From an uncultured Pseudomonadales bacterium (GTDB taxonomy: Bacteria; Pseudomonadota; Gammaproteobacteria; Pseudomonadales; UBA7434), in the NCBI GenBank assembly GCA_943788835.1, contig CALSRU010000005.1, positions 21,343-85,342 on the forward strand: a DNA stretch of 64,000 bases, given 5' to 3'. A model generated the notes under the pieces. The model did not search any database and had not been told where the DNA came from. It saw only the letters and a list, made by a program, of their open reading frames with translations. Numbering within the stretch: position 1 is the first letter of the stretch; each line of letters opens with the position of its first letter. The position numbers were made by a program, and so were the translations under genes. Positions 41,774-51,094 of the stretch are shown here, piece by piece.

Positions 41774-43513
41774 ATGCAACAATCCTTCATTCGCGCGCTG
41801 ATAATTAATGAGAGCCGCGATCAATACATCGACATGGTAAATGTACTGCAATCGGTTATGAGCGTCGACTATGAGTTGACCTGGTGCGCCGATTATAGCC
41901 ATGCGCTTGAGGCGTTATTAAGCCCGCTGCACGATATTATTCTGCTCGACTTTGAGCATAACTCTGCGATCTGCCATGACTTATTGCGCGCAGCAGCAGG
42001 TCATGATTGCAATACCCCCATTATTTGTTTGACGTCAGAGATCGATGAGCAGCTCGATTGCGCAGTGATTAAAGCCGGTGCGGCCGACTACTTAATGAAG
42101 TCTGAGATGAGTCCAGAAAGTTTGGAGCGCGCGATTAGATATGCCATTGATCGCAAGCACTCGGAAATTGAGCTGGCGCGTCTTGCGCACTACGATCTGC
42201 TCACAGGAATCCCCAATCGAGCGCTTTTTAATGATCGCCTCGATCGTGCTTTGCAGCGAGCCCAGCGCGGTGATGCCCCTTTTTCCCTGCTGTATGTTGA
42301 CCTCGATGGTTTTAAAGCGATCAACGATACCTACGGGCATGACAAAGGCGACATGCTAGTGCAGGGTATCGCGCAAAGGCTTCAGCAATGTATTCGCCGA
42401 ACCGACTCGGTGGCGAGAGTGGGTGGTGATGAATTCACTGTGCTGGTCGAAAAGGTGGGCAGCCTTAATGACACGATCAGTATCGCGCAAAAAATTATTG
42501 ATGTGGTCGTTGAGCCTTTTGATCTCGGTCATCAGCATGTGCGCGTGGGTTGTAGTATTGGCATCGCGGCCTATCCCGATGCCGGTCAAGATGCGCAAAC
42601 GCTTCTGCGTCATGCCGATATGGCAATGTATGAAGCGAAGGGCATTGCTGGATCTAACTATCGTTTCTTCACCGATAAAATGAATGCAGAGGCGGTCGAT
42701 CAAAATCGCCTAGAGGTTGAACTGCGCGGTGCTATTAACCAAGATCAGTTGGATTTATATTTTCAACCAAGAATTTCACTTCGCACCGGTAAAGTGGTGG
42801 CTGTTGAGGCGCTGCTGCGCTGGCATCATCCTGAGCGGGGGCTTGTGTTACCCGGCGAATTTCTCGATCTTGCCGAGCAGGCTGGGCTTTTGCCCCAAAT
42901 AGGTTATTGGGTGTTGAATAGGCTGTGTAGTGATATTGGCAAGATGAATGCGCAGAATATCCCGCCTTTGCGAGTTTCTTTGAATGTTGGGGCTAGCCAG
43001 TTTTATGAGGCAGGATTTGTTGACGGCGTGAAAAAGATTTTTGCTAATCATCAGGTTAACCCTAGGCGTTTCGAATTCGAGCTTGCTGAGCCTGAGTTAC
43101 TAAGCAATTTTGATGCACTGGCGGCTGAGATGTACTTGTTAGCGGCAGAGGGTGTGCACTTTTCGCTTGATGATTTTGGTACGGGTTTTTCATCGGTGCC
43201 GCAGCTGCAGCAGTTGCCTATTGAAACAGTTAAACTCGACGGTAGCCATGTACAGAATGCCACTAAGAGTACCGATAGCGCCAAGGTGGTTAAAGCGATG
43301 ATTTCACTGGCGCATGAACTTAGCCTGCAAGTGGTAGCTGAAGGCGTCGAAACAGAAGCGCAAAGAGATTTTATGGTTGAGCATCATTGTGATCAGTTGC
43401 AGGGCAATTTCTATTCGCCGGCTATACCCTTCGATGCCTTTCTTAAATTATTCTCGAAAAAACCCAATGTTACAAGGCCCAGCCATTTATCGATAGTCGA
43501 TACAGTCGTCTAA
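41774..43513 (+). CDS. REC-like + GGDEF + EAL c-di-GMP signalling protein
   Basis: ATG 41774. The N-terminal receiver-like domain lacks the usual DD pair (LIINESRD). Followed by GGDEF (RVGGDEFTVLV) and EAL (VEALLRW, DDFGTGFSS). Confidence 0.88.
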   Translation: MQQSFIRALIINESRDQYIDMVNVLQSVMSVDYELTWCADYSHALEALLSPLHDIILLDFEHNSAICHDLLRAAAGHDCNTPIICLTSEIDEQLDCAVIKAGAADYLMKSEMSPESLERAIRYAIDRKHSEIELARLAHYDLLTGIPNRALFNDRLDRALQRAQRGDAPFSLLYVDLDGFKAINDTYGHDKGDMLVQGIAQRLQQCIRRTDSVARVGGDEFTVLVEKVGSLNDTISIAQKIIDVVVEPFDLGHQHVRVGCSIGIAAYPDAGQDAQTLLRHADMAMYEAKGIAGSNYRFFTDKMNAEAVDQNRLEVELRGAINQDQLDLYFQPRISLRTGKVVAVEALLRWHHPERGLVLPGEFLDLAEQAGLLPQIGYWVLNRLCSDIGKMNAQNIPPLRVSLNVGASQFYEAGFVDGVKKIFANHQVNPRRFEFELAEPELLSNFDALAAEMYLLAAEGVHFSLDDFGTGFSSVPQLQQLPIETVKLDGSHVQNATKSTDSAKVVKAMISLAHELSLQVVAEGVETEAQRDFMVEHHCDQLQGNFYSPAIPFDAFLKLFSKKPNVTRPSHLSIVDTVV

Positions 43514-43574
43514 GGCCCCGCTTAGAGGTGCGATCTGCATCGCTCGATAGCTATCGTTTTTGCTGGGGTTCGGC

Positions 43575-44252
43575 TTAGTCGCGAAGGCTGATGCATTTCC
43601 ATCCATATTTCTGTGCGTGCGCTCGTAGCCGGTCATCGGCATCAACGGCCACAGGCTTGCCGACAGCCTCGAGCAGAGGTAGGTCATTGCATGAGTCGCT
43701 ATAGAAAGTGGCCTGCGAGAGATCGAAGGCTTTGTCCTGCAGCCATTCTTGCAGGCGAATAACTTTGCCCTGTTGGAAGCATGGCGTGCCAACAGCCCTT
43801 CCGGTATAGCATCCATTAACTATTTCAGCCTGGCAGGCTAGTAGGTGATTGACGCCCAGCCAATTTGCAATAGGCCGCGTGATGAAATCGTTGGTGGCCG
43901 TAATGATTAGTAATTGATCGCCTTGATTGCGGTGCGTATCGAGCAGCGCGTCGGCTTTGCTCAGGCGCATAGGTTCAATCATCTGCTGTAAAAATGTTTG
44001 CTGTAAGGGGGCTAATTCACTAGGTGATTGGCCAGTGATGGGCTGCAGCGCGAATTTAAGGTAGGCATTAATGTCCAGCGAGCCGTCTTGGTAGGCGGCA
44101 TAAAAAAGGTCGTTTCGTTGACGGTGTTCATCGGCATCGACCAAGCCTTGCTGAATAAGAAATTCGCCCCATGCGTGATCACTGTCGCCACCGAGCAACG
44201 TATTATCGAGGTCGAAAATTGCGAGCGATTGTTTTTCCAGAGGTAGCCTCAC
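43575..44252 (-). CDS. HAD-IB family hydrolase (SerB-like)
   Basis: 225 aa with FDLDNTLLGGDSD, TATNDF and SDSCNDLPLL. It is divergent from rppH, as in Pseudomonas. Confidence 0.8.
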   Translation of the reverse strand: MRLPLEKQSLAIFDLDNTLLGGDSDHAWGEFLIQQGLVDADEHRQRNDLFYAAYQDGSLDINAYLKFALQPITGQSPSELAPLQQTFLQQMIEPMRLSKADALLDTHRNQGDQLLIITATNDFITRPIANWLGVNHLLACQAEIVNGCYTGRAVGTPCFQQGKVIRLQEWLQDKAFDLSQATFYSDSCNDLPLLEAVGKPVAVDADDRLRAHAQKYGWKCISLRD

Positions 44253-44449
44253 TAATTTTAGGTATCGTTGGGTCGCATGCTAACTAATCTGCCTTGCTAG
44301 CACACGACTTCGTTGCGATGGCATCGCAAGTTTAACTGTGCATTATGATATAGTCGCACGCATAGTCATAGGAGCAATACGTTGGTTTTGAGTTACTTGG
44401 CAATAACGTATTTTCAGGCGGTAGGGTTTAATTGGGAGCAGCGCGTTAG

Positions 44450-44950
44450 GTGTTAGATTCAGCGGGATACAGGCTCAATGTTGGCATCGTAATCGTAAAT
44501 GGTGAGGGCGATGTGCTGTGGGCGCATCGAACTCGGCAGGGTGGTTGGCAGTTTCCCCAGGGGGGCATGCAGCAGGGAGAAACGCCCGAACAAGCTATGT
44601 ATCGCGAGCTATACGAAGAGGTTGGCCTCGCGGCTAGCGATGTTGATATTTGGGGGGTTACTCGCGGCTGGCTACGTTATCGCTTGCCTGAAAAGATGAT
44701 CCGCTCGAATCAGCCGGGGCAAATATGCGTTGGACAAAAGCAGAAATGGTTTTTGTTGCATCTCACCAGTGATGACTCGGTAGTCAATACATCGCTGAGC
44801 CCTAAACCTGAATTTAAGGATTGGCGCTGGGTAAGCTATTGGTACCCAGTGACTCAGATTATTGACTTTAAGCGCAGTGTTTATAAGCGCATGCTCAAAG
44901 ATCTGTCGGTACCCCATGCCGACAAAATGCGCCAGCTGCGGGCGCATTAA
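44450..44950 (+). CDS. rppH: RNA pyrophosphohydrolase
   Basis: 166 aa with the Nudix box GGWQFPQGGMQQGETPEQAMYRELYEEVGL. Colinear with E. coli RppH. GTG start. Confidence 0.92.
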   Translation: MLDSAGYRLNVGIVIVNGEGDVLWAHRTRQGGWQFPQGGMQQGETPEQAMYRELYEEVGLAASDVDIWGVTRGWLRYRLPEKMIRSNQPGQICVGQKQKWFLLHLTSDDSVVNTSLSPKPEFKDWRWVSYWYPVTQIIDFKRSVYKRMLKDLSVPHADKMRQLRAH

Positions 44951-44961
44951 GCGGTATCACC

Positions 44962-47247
44962 ATGAATATTCTTCAATCGTTAAGCGGTATTGTCCAAAGA
45001 GTTAACACGGCTCCGGATTTACAATCTGCGCTCGATATTATTGTGCGTGACGTGCGCGAGGCTATGGGTACCGAAGTCTGTACCGTTTATATGGCCGATC
45101 ATGCTGCGAGTCGCTTGGTCTTTACAGCCACCGAAGGTCTTAATCGAGAAGCATTAGGCAAGCTCAGTCTTCCTTTTGGGCAGGGTTTGGTGGGTCAGGT
45201 GGCATTGCGCGAAGAATCCATTAATACCAGTAATGCGCAGACTGATCCCAATTTCCAATTTTTAGAAAATATTGGTGAAGAGCCGTTTAATTCGTTTCTT
45301 GGTGTGCCCATCGTGCATCATCGGCGGGTGCTTGGTGTGTTGGTTGTCCAGCAGACTGACCGCCGCAGTTTTGATGAGAGTGAAGAGGCTTTTTTACTGA
45401 CCATGTCTGCTCAGCTAGCAGGGGTGATTGCTCATGCTCAAGCCACCGGCATGCTCGATACTTCGGCCAACGCGAATGTGGCTAATGCTGAGTTTCGCGG
45501 TGTCGCTGGAGCCTCGGGAGTTGCAATTGGCAAGGCGCTGGTGGTGTCTCAGCCAGCTGACCTTTATGGCGTACCAAGCCGCCGCAATAAAGATGTTTAC
45601 GAAGAAATAGTATTCTTTCGCGCCTGTGTGGGTCGAGTGCGCAAAGATGTAGCCAAGCTCAGTACGCAATTAGCCGATCGCTTACCTGCCGAAGAGTTGG
45701 CGCTGTTTGACGTTTACTCAAAAATGCTCGATGAGCATGCATTGCCTGCTGAAATTGAGCAATTAATAGAGGCTGGAGAGTGGGCGCAGGGTGCTGTGTC
45801 GAGAGTAATACTTTCGCATTTGCGAGCTTTTGAGCAGATGGAGAACTCTTATCTCAAAGAGCGGGCAGTTGATGTTAAAGACCTTGGCCGGCGTGTGCTG
45901 GAATATCTCCAGTTGGCCAATCGTGAGCCCATGATTTATCCCGACAATGTTGTCTTAGTAGGGAATGAGCTTACCGCAACTATGCTTGCCGAAGTGCCGC
46001 GTAAAAAGCTCGTTGGGCTGGTGTCGTTAAAAGGTTCAAGCAACTCTCATGTGGCTATCCTTGCGCGCAGCATGGGCGTGCCTACAGTGATGGGCGCGGT
46101 TGATGTTCCTTTTACTGAAGTCGACGGTAGTGAGCTGATTGTGGATGGTTATGCTGGCGTGGTTTATTTTAATCCGTCGCTGGAGTTGCGCACATCCTAT
46201 CAAGAAATTGCTGAGGAGGAGCAGCTGGTTTCGAAAGGGCTTGAGGCACTTAAAGATCTTAAATGCGAGACGACTGACGGTCACACGGTGGCGCTTTGGG
46301 TTAACACGGGTTTGGCATCAGACGCCTCAAGGTCACTGGATCATGGTGCTGAAGGCGTCGGGCTGTATCGCACAGAAGTGCCATTTTTGATGCGTGATCG
46401 CTTTCCGTCTGAAGAAGAGCAGCGCGCGATTTATCGGATGCACTTAGAGGCGTTTGCGCCTAACCCAGTGACAATGCGCACATTGGATATCGGCGGCGAT
46501 AAGTCGCTCTCTTATTTTCCTATTGAAGAAGATAATCCTTTTCTTGGATGGCGAGGTATTCGAATCACGCTGGATCATCCCGAGATATTTTTGCCGCAGT
46601 TGCGTGCCATGATGAAAGCTAATGTAGGGATTGAGAATTTAGGTATTATGCTGCCCATGATTAGTCATATGGGCGAAATAGATGAGTCTATGAAGCTTAT
46701 TCGTCGCGCTCATAGTGAGCTGTTAGATGAGGGTTTTGATGTGCCTCTGCCTCCTGTGGGGGTGATGATAGAAGTCCCTGCAGCCGTCTGTCTTGCCGGA
46801 GAGATCGCCAAGCGAGTCGATTTTATTTCTGTGGGCAGTAATGACCTAACGCAATATTTGTTAGCTGTTGATAGAAATAATTCCAGTGTTGCTGATCTCT
46901 ATTGCTCTTATCACCCGGCCGTATTGCAGGCGTTACAAATGATTGTTAGAGCGGCGCATGAAGTCGGCACACCGGTTAGTATCTGCGGTGAATTGGCGGG
47001 GGATCCGGGGGCCGCCTTGTTGTTGATGGCTATGGGTTATGATTCGCTGTCAATGAACGCCACTAACTTGCCTAAGGTTAAATCGGTTATTCGGGCTTTC
47101 ACAAAGGCAGAGGCTGATAGCTTGCTGTCAGACGTGATGTTAATGCACTCTGCGGATAGTATACAGTCGGCGATAGAAAATGTGTTAGAGGCGCGTGGCG
47201 TTACCCGTTTCTTTAGGGATTCAATACGTGGTCGAGATAGCCGTTAA
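44962..47247 (+). CDS. ptsP: phosphoenolpyruvate-protein phosphotransferase PtsP (EI-Ntr, GAF domain)
   Basis: 761 aa. An N-terminal GAF domain, the EI phosphohistidine region GSSNSHVAILARSMG, and the PEP-utilising TIM barrel (GLYRTEVPF, FISVGSNDLTQY). Confidence 0.93.
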   Translation: MNILQSLSGIVQRVNTAPDLQSALDIIVRDVREAMGTEVCTVYMADHAASRLVFTATEGLNREALGKLSLPFGQGLVGQVALREESINTSNAQTDPNFQFLENIGEEPFNSFLGVPIVHHRRVLGVLVVQQTDRRSFDESEEAFLLTMSAQLAGVIAHAQATGMLDTSANANVANAEFRGVAGASGVAIGKALVVSQPADLYGVPSRRNKDVYEEIVFFRACVGRVRKDVAKLSTQLADRLPAEELALFDVYSKMLDEHALPAEIEQLIEAGEWAQGAVSRVILSHLRAFEQMENSYLKERAVDVKDLGRRVLEYLQLANREPMIYPDNVVLVGNELTATMLAEVPRKKLVGLVSLKGSSNSHVAILARSMGVPTVMGAVDVPFTEVDGSELIVDGYAGVVYFNPSLELRTSYQEIAEEEQLVSKGLEALKDLKCETTDGHTVALWVNTGLASDASRSLDHGAEGVGLYRTEVPFLMRDRFPSEEEQRAIYRMHLEAFAPNPVTMRTLDIGGDKSLSYFPIEEDNPFLGWRGIRITLDHPEIFLPQLRAMMKANVGIENLGIMLPMISHMGEIDESMKLIRRAHSELLDEGFDVPLPPVGVMIEVPAAVCLAGEIAKRVDFISVGSNDLTQYLLAVDRNNSSVADLYCSYHPAVLQALQMIVRAAHEVGTPVSICGELAGDPGAALLLMAMGYDSLSMNATNLPKVKSVIRAFTKAEADSLLSDVMLMHSADSIQSAIENVLEARGVTRFFRDSIRGRDSR

Positions 47248-48035
47248 TGGAGTGGGTTTTATATTTGTTGCTTGGTGCTGTGGCCGGGACGCTAGCGGGT
47301 TTGTTTGGCGTGGGTGGCGGAGTTATTATTGTACCCATCTTGTTGTTTGTTTTTGGCTTGTTGGATTTTTCCGATAGTATCGCGGTGCATCTTGCAGTAG
47401 GTACGTCGTTGGCATGTATTGTTTTTACTTCTCTGGCGTCTATGCGAGCGCACCATCTGCTTGGTCATGTGTGCTGGCCAGTTTGGCGAAGAATGACGCC
47501 CGGTTTGGTTTTGGGGGTGGCGACTGGATCGTGGTTGGCTAGTCGTTTGCCAGCCGATACTTTGCGCGCGGCCATTGCACTGTTTCTTTTGTTTATTGCT
47601 CTTCAGATGCTTTCGCGCTGGCAGCCGCCGGCAGTTTTTGCTCGCTCGGGTCGACGAATGCAGCTGGGGGCGGGGGCTTTTATAGGTTGTGCTAGCGCAT
47701 TTTTTGGTATTGGTGGGGGCTCACTTACAGTGCCATTTTTAAATGCTTGCGGGCAGTCTATGAAAGTTGCTGTGGGCACATCGGCAGCTTGCGGTTTGCC
47801 TATTGCTCTATTCGGCGCATGCTCGTATGCATATTGGGGCGGTTTGTCGGGGGCTGGCGTTGCCTGGGCGACTGGTTATATCTATTGGCCTGCTTTGCTC
47901 GGGATTAGTTTGGCTAGTGTACCTTTCTCAAAAATCGGAGCACAATTGGCGTCGCGTTTGTCCGACAAAATATTGCGACGCTGTTTCGGAGCGCTGATGT
48001 TTTTAGTCAGCTTCTACATGTTTAGTGCGGGTTAG
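47247..48035 (+). CDS. TauE/SafE-family anion exporter membrane protein
   Basis: 262 aa, polytopic, with repeated GVGGGVIIVP and GIGGGSLTVP motifs. The ATG overlaps the ptsP stop. Confidence 0.85.
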   Translation: MEWVLYLLLGAVAGTLAGLFGVGGGVIIVPILLFVFGLLDFSDSIAVHLAVGTSLACIVFTSLASMRAHHLLGHVCWPVWRRMTPGLVLGVATGSWLASRLPADTLRAAIALFLLFIALQMLSRWQPPAVFARSGRRMQLGAGAFIGCASAFFGIGGGSLTVPFLNACGQSMKVAVGTSAACGLPIALFGACSYAYWGGLSGAGVAWATGYIYWPALLGISLASVPFSKIGAQLASRLSDKILRRCFGALMFLVSFYMFSAG

Positions 48036-48114
48036 CTGAGCGCTTCATTCCTTCGTGCTGCGCCGTTGTTTGGATTGACTTTTTCAATAGATCTTCACAC
48101 TCGAGACTCTTGTT

Positions 48115-48987
48115 ATGTTGCAGTATCCGGCGTTTGATCCCATCATTTTTTCGGTCGGACCTATTGCGATTCGTTGGTACGGCATGATGTATTTGCTGGG
48201 GTTTTTGGCGGCTTATCTATTGGGGCGCTATCGCAGCAAGCAGCCAGAATCGCCATTGGTTGCAGAGCAGGTCGAGGACCTTATTTTTTACGGCGCTATC
48301 GGTGCTGTTTTGGGTGGTCGTGTCGGTTACGTCTTCTTTTATGGCTTTGATCATTTTGTTGCGGACCCAGTATGGCTGTTTCGCATCTGGGAGGGCGGCA
48401 TGTCATTCCATGGCGGTTTGCTGGGCGTGTTGCTGGCTTTAATGCTCTACGCGCGCAAGGTTCAGCGCCCGCTTGGGGCTATTTGCGACTTTGTTGCGCC
48501 ATTGGCGCCACTGGGATTGGGCTTTGGCAGGCTGGCAAACTTTATTAATGGGGAATTGTATGGTCGCCCCACAGACCAGCCTTGGGCTATGTTGTTTCCT
48601 GGAGACCCTCTTGCCTTAGCGCGTCATCCATCGCAGCTTTACCAATTCGCTCTTGAGGGCATTCTGCTCTTTGCAGTGGTGTGGTGGTTTTCACGGCAGA
48701 AGCGCCCCACATGGAGCGTGACCGGGGTCTTTTTGGTCGGTTATGGTCTTGCTCGCTACACAGTTGAGTTTTTTCGTGAGCCTGATGCAACATTGATTTT
48801 TGATTCACTGACTCGCGGGCAGTTTTTGTCCATGCCTATGCTGCTTGCGGGTGCGGTTATGATAGCATTCGCTTTTTACAGCGGCGGGGTGGATCGGTCT
48901 CAAAGTATAATCGCCAAGGGTGCAGTAAAGGCGGGTTCGGCCAAGTCTCGCCCGTCGGGCAAGGCAAAGCGAAAGCGCGGCCGTTAA
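48115..48987 (+). CDS. lgt: prolipoprotein diacylglyceryl transferase
   Basis: 290 aa with IRWYGMMYLLGF, GGMSFHGGLLG, GRLANFINGELYGR and HPSQLYQ. Confidence 0.93.
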   Translation: MLQYPAFDPIIFSVGPIAIRWYGMMYLLGFLAAYLLGRYRSKQPESPLVAEQVEDLIFYGAIGAVLGGRVGYVFFYGFDHFVADPVWLFRIWEGGMSFHGGLLGVLLALMLYARKVQRPLGAICDFVAPLAPLGLGFGRLANFINGELYGRPTDQPWAMLFPGDPLALARHPSQLYQFALEGILLFAVVWWFSRQKRPTWSVTGVFLVGYGLARYTVEFFREPDATLIFDSLTRGQFLSMPMLLAGAVMIAFAFYSGGVDRSQSIIAKGAVKAGSAKSRPSGKAKRKRGR

Positions 48988-49100
48988 ATTATTGCCGTAT
49001 TCCCTTCGGGTATTTGGGTTCGTCCCGGCCATCCGGTGTTGGCTGAAAAAAATCGTTTATTAAACATTAATCCATTCATGAAAAAAATCTCTGGGTAAAA

Positions 49101-49895
49101 ATGCAGCAGTATCTCCAGCTTATGCGCCATGTGCGCGAACAAGGCGTCTTTAAAGAAGATCGGACGGGAACAGGCACTTATAGTGTGTTTGGTTATCAGA
49201 TGCGCTTTGATTTAGCGCAAGGGTTTCCGGCTTTAACAACTAAGAAGCTGCACTTGCGTTCAATTATTCATGAACTTTTGTGGTTTTTATCGGGTCAGAC
49301 AAATGTCCGCTATCTGCGTGATAACGGTGTTTCTATTTGGGATGAATGGGCAGACCCCAGCGGTGAGCTTGGCCCCGTTTATGGTTATCAATGGCGCTCG
49401 TGGCCCACGCCCGATGGTAAGAGCATTGACCAGGTCAAGGCTGTGCTTGAGAGCTTGAAGAATAACCCTGATTCTCGCCGCCATATTATCAATGCATGGA
49501 ATGTTGCGTGTATCGATCAGATGGCGCTGCCACCTTGCCATATGCTGTTTCAGTTTTACGTTTCTGAGGGGCGTCTGTCATGTCAGTTGTACCAGCGCAG
49601 TGCAGACATTTTTTTGGGTGTGCCGTTTAATATTGGCTCCTATGCGTTACTCACGATGATGATTGCGCAGGTGCTGGAGCTAGAAGTTGGCGATTTTGTG
49701 CACACACTAGGCGATGCACACCTTTATAAAAATCATTTAGAGCAGGTTGATTTGCAATTACAGCGAACGCCTTTGCACTTGCCCAAAATGAATATTAATC
49801 CTGAGGTTAAAGATTTATTCGCGTTTACTTATGATGATTTTGAGTTGTCTGATTATGACCACCATCCACATATAGCAGCACCGGTGGCGGTATAA
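49101..49895 (+). CDS. thyA: thymidylate synthase
   Basis: 264 aa, nearly colinear with E. coli ThyA ([33 protein letters not shown]). Confidence 0.96.
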   Translation: MQQYLQLMRHVREQGVFKEDRTGTGTYSVFGYQMRFDLAQGFPALTTKKLHLRSIIHELLWFLSGQTNVRYLRDNGVSIWDEWADPSGELGPVYGYQWRSWPTPDGKSIDQVKAVLESLKNNPDSRRHIINAWNVACIDQMALPPCHMLFQFYVSEGRLSCQLYQRSADIFLGVPFNIGSYALLTMMIAQVLELEVGDFVHTLGDAHLYKNHLEQVDLQLQRTPLHLPKMNINPEVKDLFAFTYDDFELSDYDHHPHIAAPVAV

Positions 49896-50272
49896 GTTGG
49901 GCGTAGGCATGCAGCAGTATCGTATGGGGTGTGGCTTTATGCGGCTGGCGCAGATGAAAACACCGGCTCGGAGTGTTGCGCTTTGTAGCTAAATTCTTTA
50001 TTGTTCGCCCCCACGACACGGCTTTGGGATACGAAGATAAAGGCGGCGCTGATGGTGCCTGCGGGGAGCCCTAGCCGTCGTGTAATTAGTTTTTTGTACG
50101 ACCCAAGAGTCCTTGATGGGCTTGGTCGAGTAGTTGTAAGGTGGCTGGTGAATTGGGTAGTGAAGGTAAGTGCCCGATAAGACCTCGTAAAGTTGAATAA
50201 AAGAGTTGTGTGGCCAAGAAGTCATATGTTTGGTTGCGCTAATAGTCAATTATTTTAGTCTAATTTGGAAAT

Positions 50273-51094
50273 GTGATTCTCATGCTTATTTACAAGTGTA
50301 AGCCGTTATCGCGGTCAGTGGTTGCAGCATTAAAAGGTGGATTAGTAGGCGCGCTCCTGGTGAATTGTTTAGCTGCCAATGCAGCCGACAAACTCGACAA
50401 GGTGTTTGATGCGCGCCAAGCGGCAATCGAGGCCGGTCAAAAATCACAGGTTAAAATTGATGGCATTGCCGATCAAACCAACGACTTGTTGCAAGACTTC
50501 AAACAAGTTTCTAAAGAAATTGAAGGTTTGCGTGTATACAACGCGCAGCTTGAGGCGCGCATTCAAAATCAATTAGAGCGAATTGCGCAGATTGATGAGT
50601 CGATTATTAACGTTAAAAGCATCCAGCGACAAATACCGCCGCTGTTGGTCAAGATGCTCGATGGTCTTGAGAATTTTGTAGCTCTCGATGTTCCGTTCCA
50701 TCTTGAGGAGCGTGAGGTGCGTACCGAGCGCTTACGCGAAAACATGGGCAAGTCTAATCAGTCAGTAGCAGAAAACTTCCGTCAAGTGCTCGAAGCCTAC
50801 AAAATCGAGAATGAGTATGGCCGTAAATTAGAGGCCTATGAAGCGAATATTGATTTCAACGGCGACGGTAATGAGCGTCAGGTTGATATTTTTCGTGTCG
50901 GGCGCATCGCATTACTCTATCGCACGTTAGACGGCGAAGAAGTAGGCCGCTGGGATAACGTCAATAGAACATGGGAGGCGCTGGACAAGTCTGAGTGGAG
51001 TGCCAATATAAATACGGGTATTCGTATTGCGCGCAATCAAGCCGTGAAAGATATTCTCCAATTACCGATTGCAGCGCCGGAGGCAGCACAATGA
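50273..51094 (+). CDS. DUF3450-type periplasmic coiled-coil protein (first gene of TonB2-type cluster)
   Basis: Signal peptide ending ANAADK, followed by a long coiled coil. Its stop overlaps the next gene's ATG (ATGA). GTG 50273 or ATG 50282 as start. Confidence 0.75.
   Translation: MILMLIYKCKPLSRSVVAALKGGLVGALLVNCLAANAADKLDKVFDARQAAIEAGQKSQVKIDGIADQTNDLLQDFKQVSKEIEGLRVYNAQLEARIQNQLERIAQIDESIINVKSIQRQIPPLLVKMLDGLENFVALDVPFHLEEREVRTERLRENMGKSNQSVAENFRQVLEAYKIENEYGRKLEAYEANIDFNGDGNERQVDIFRVGRIALLYRTLDGEEVGRWDNVNRTWEALDKSEWSANINTGIRIARNQAVKDILQLPIAAPEAAQ

Noticed and set aside
49998-50249. 83-aa minus-strand ORF between thyA and the TonB2-type operon
   Set aside because: It has an unusual composition (His/Pro/Tyr/Thr-rich), no RBS and no recognisable family. 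The region is more likely promoter and leader sequence.
50150-50290. Possible Fur box upstream of the TonB2-type operon
   Set aside because: I aligned TAATAGTCAATTATTTTAG and GAAATGTGATTCTCATG to GATAATGATAATCATTATC by eye. The matches are too few to call.
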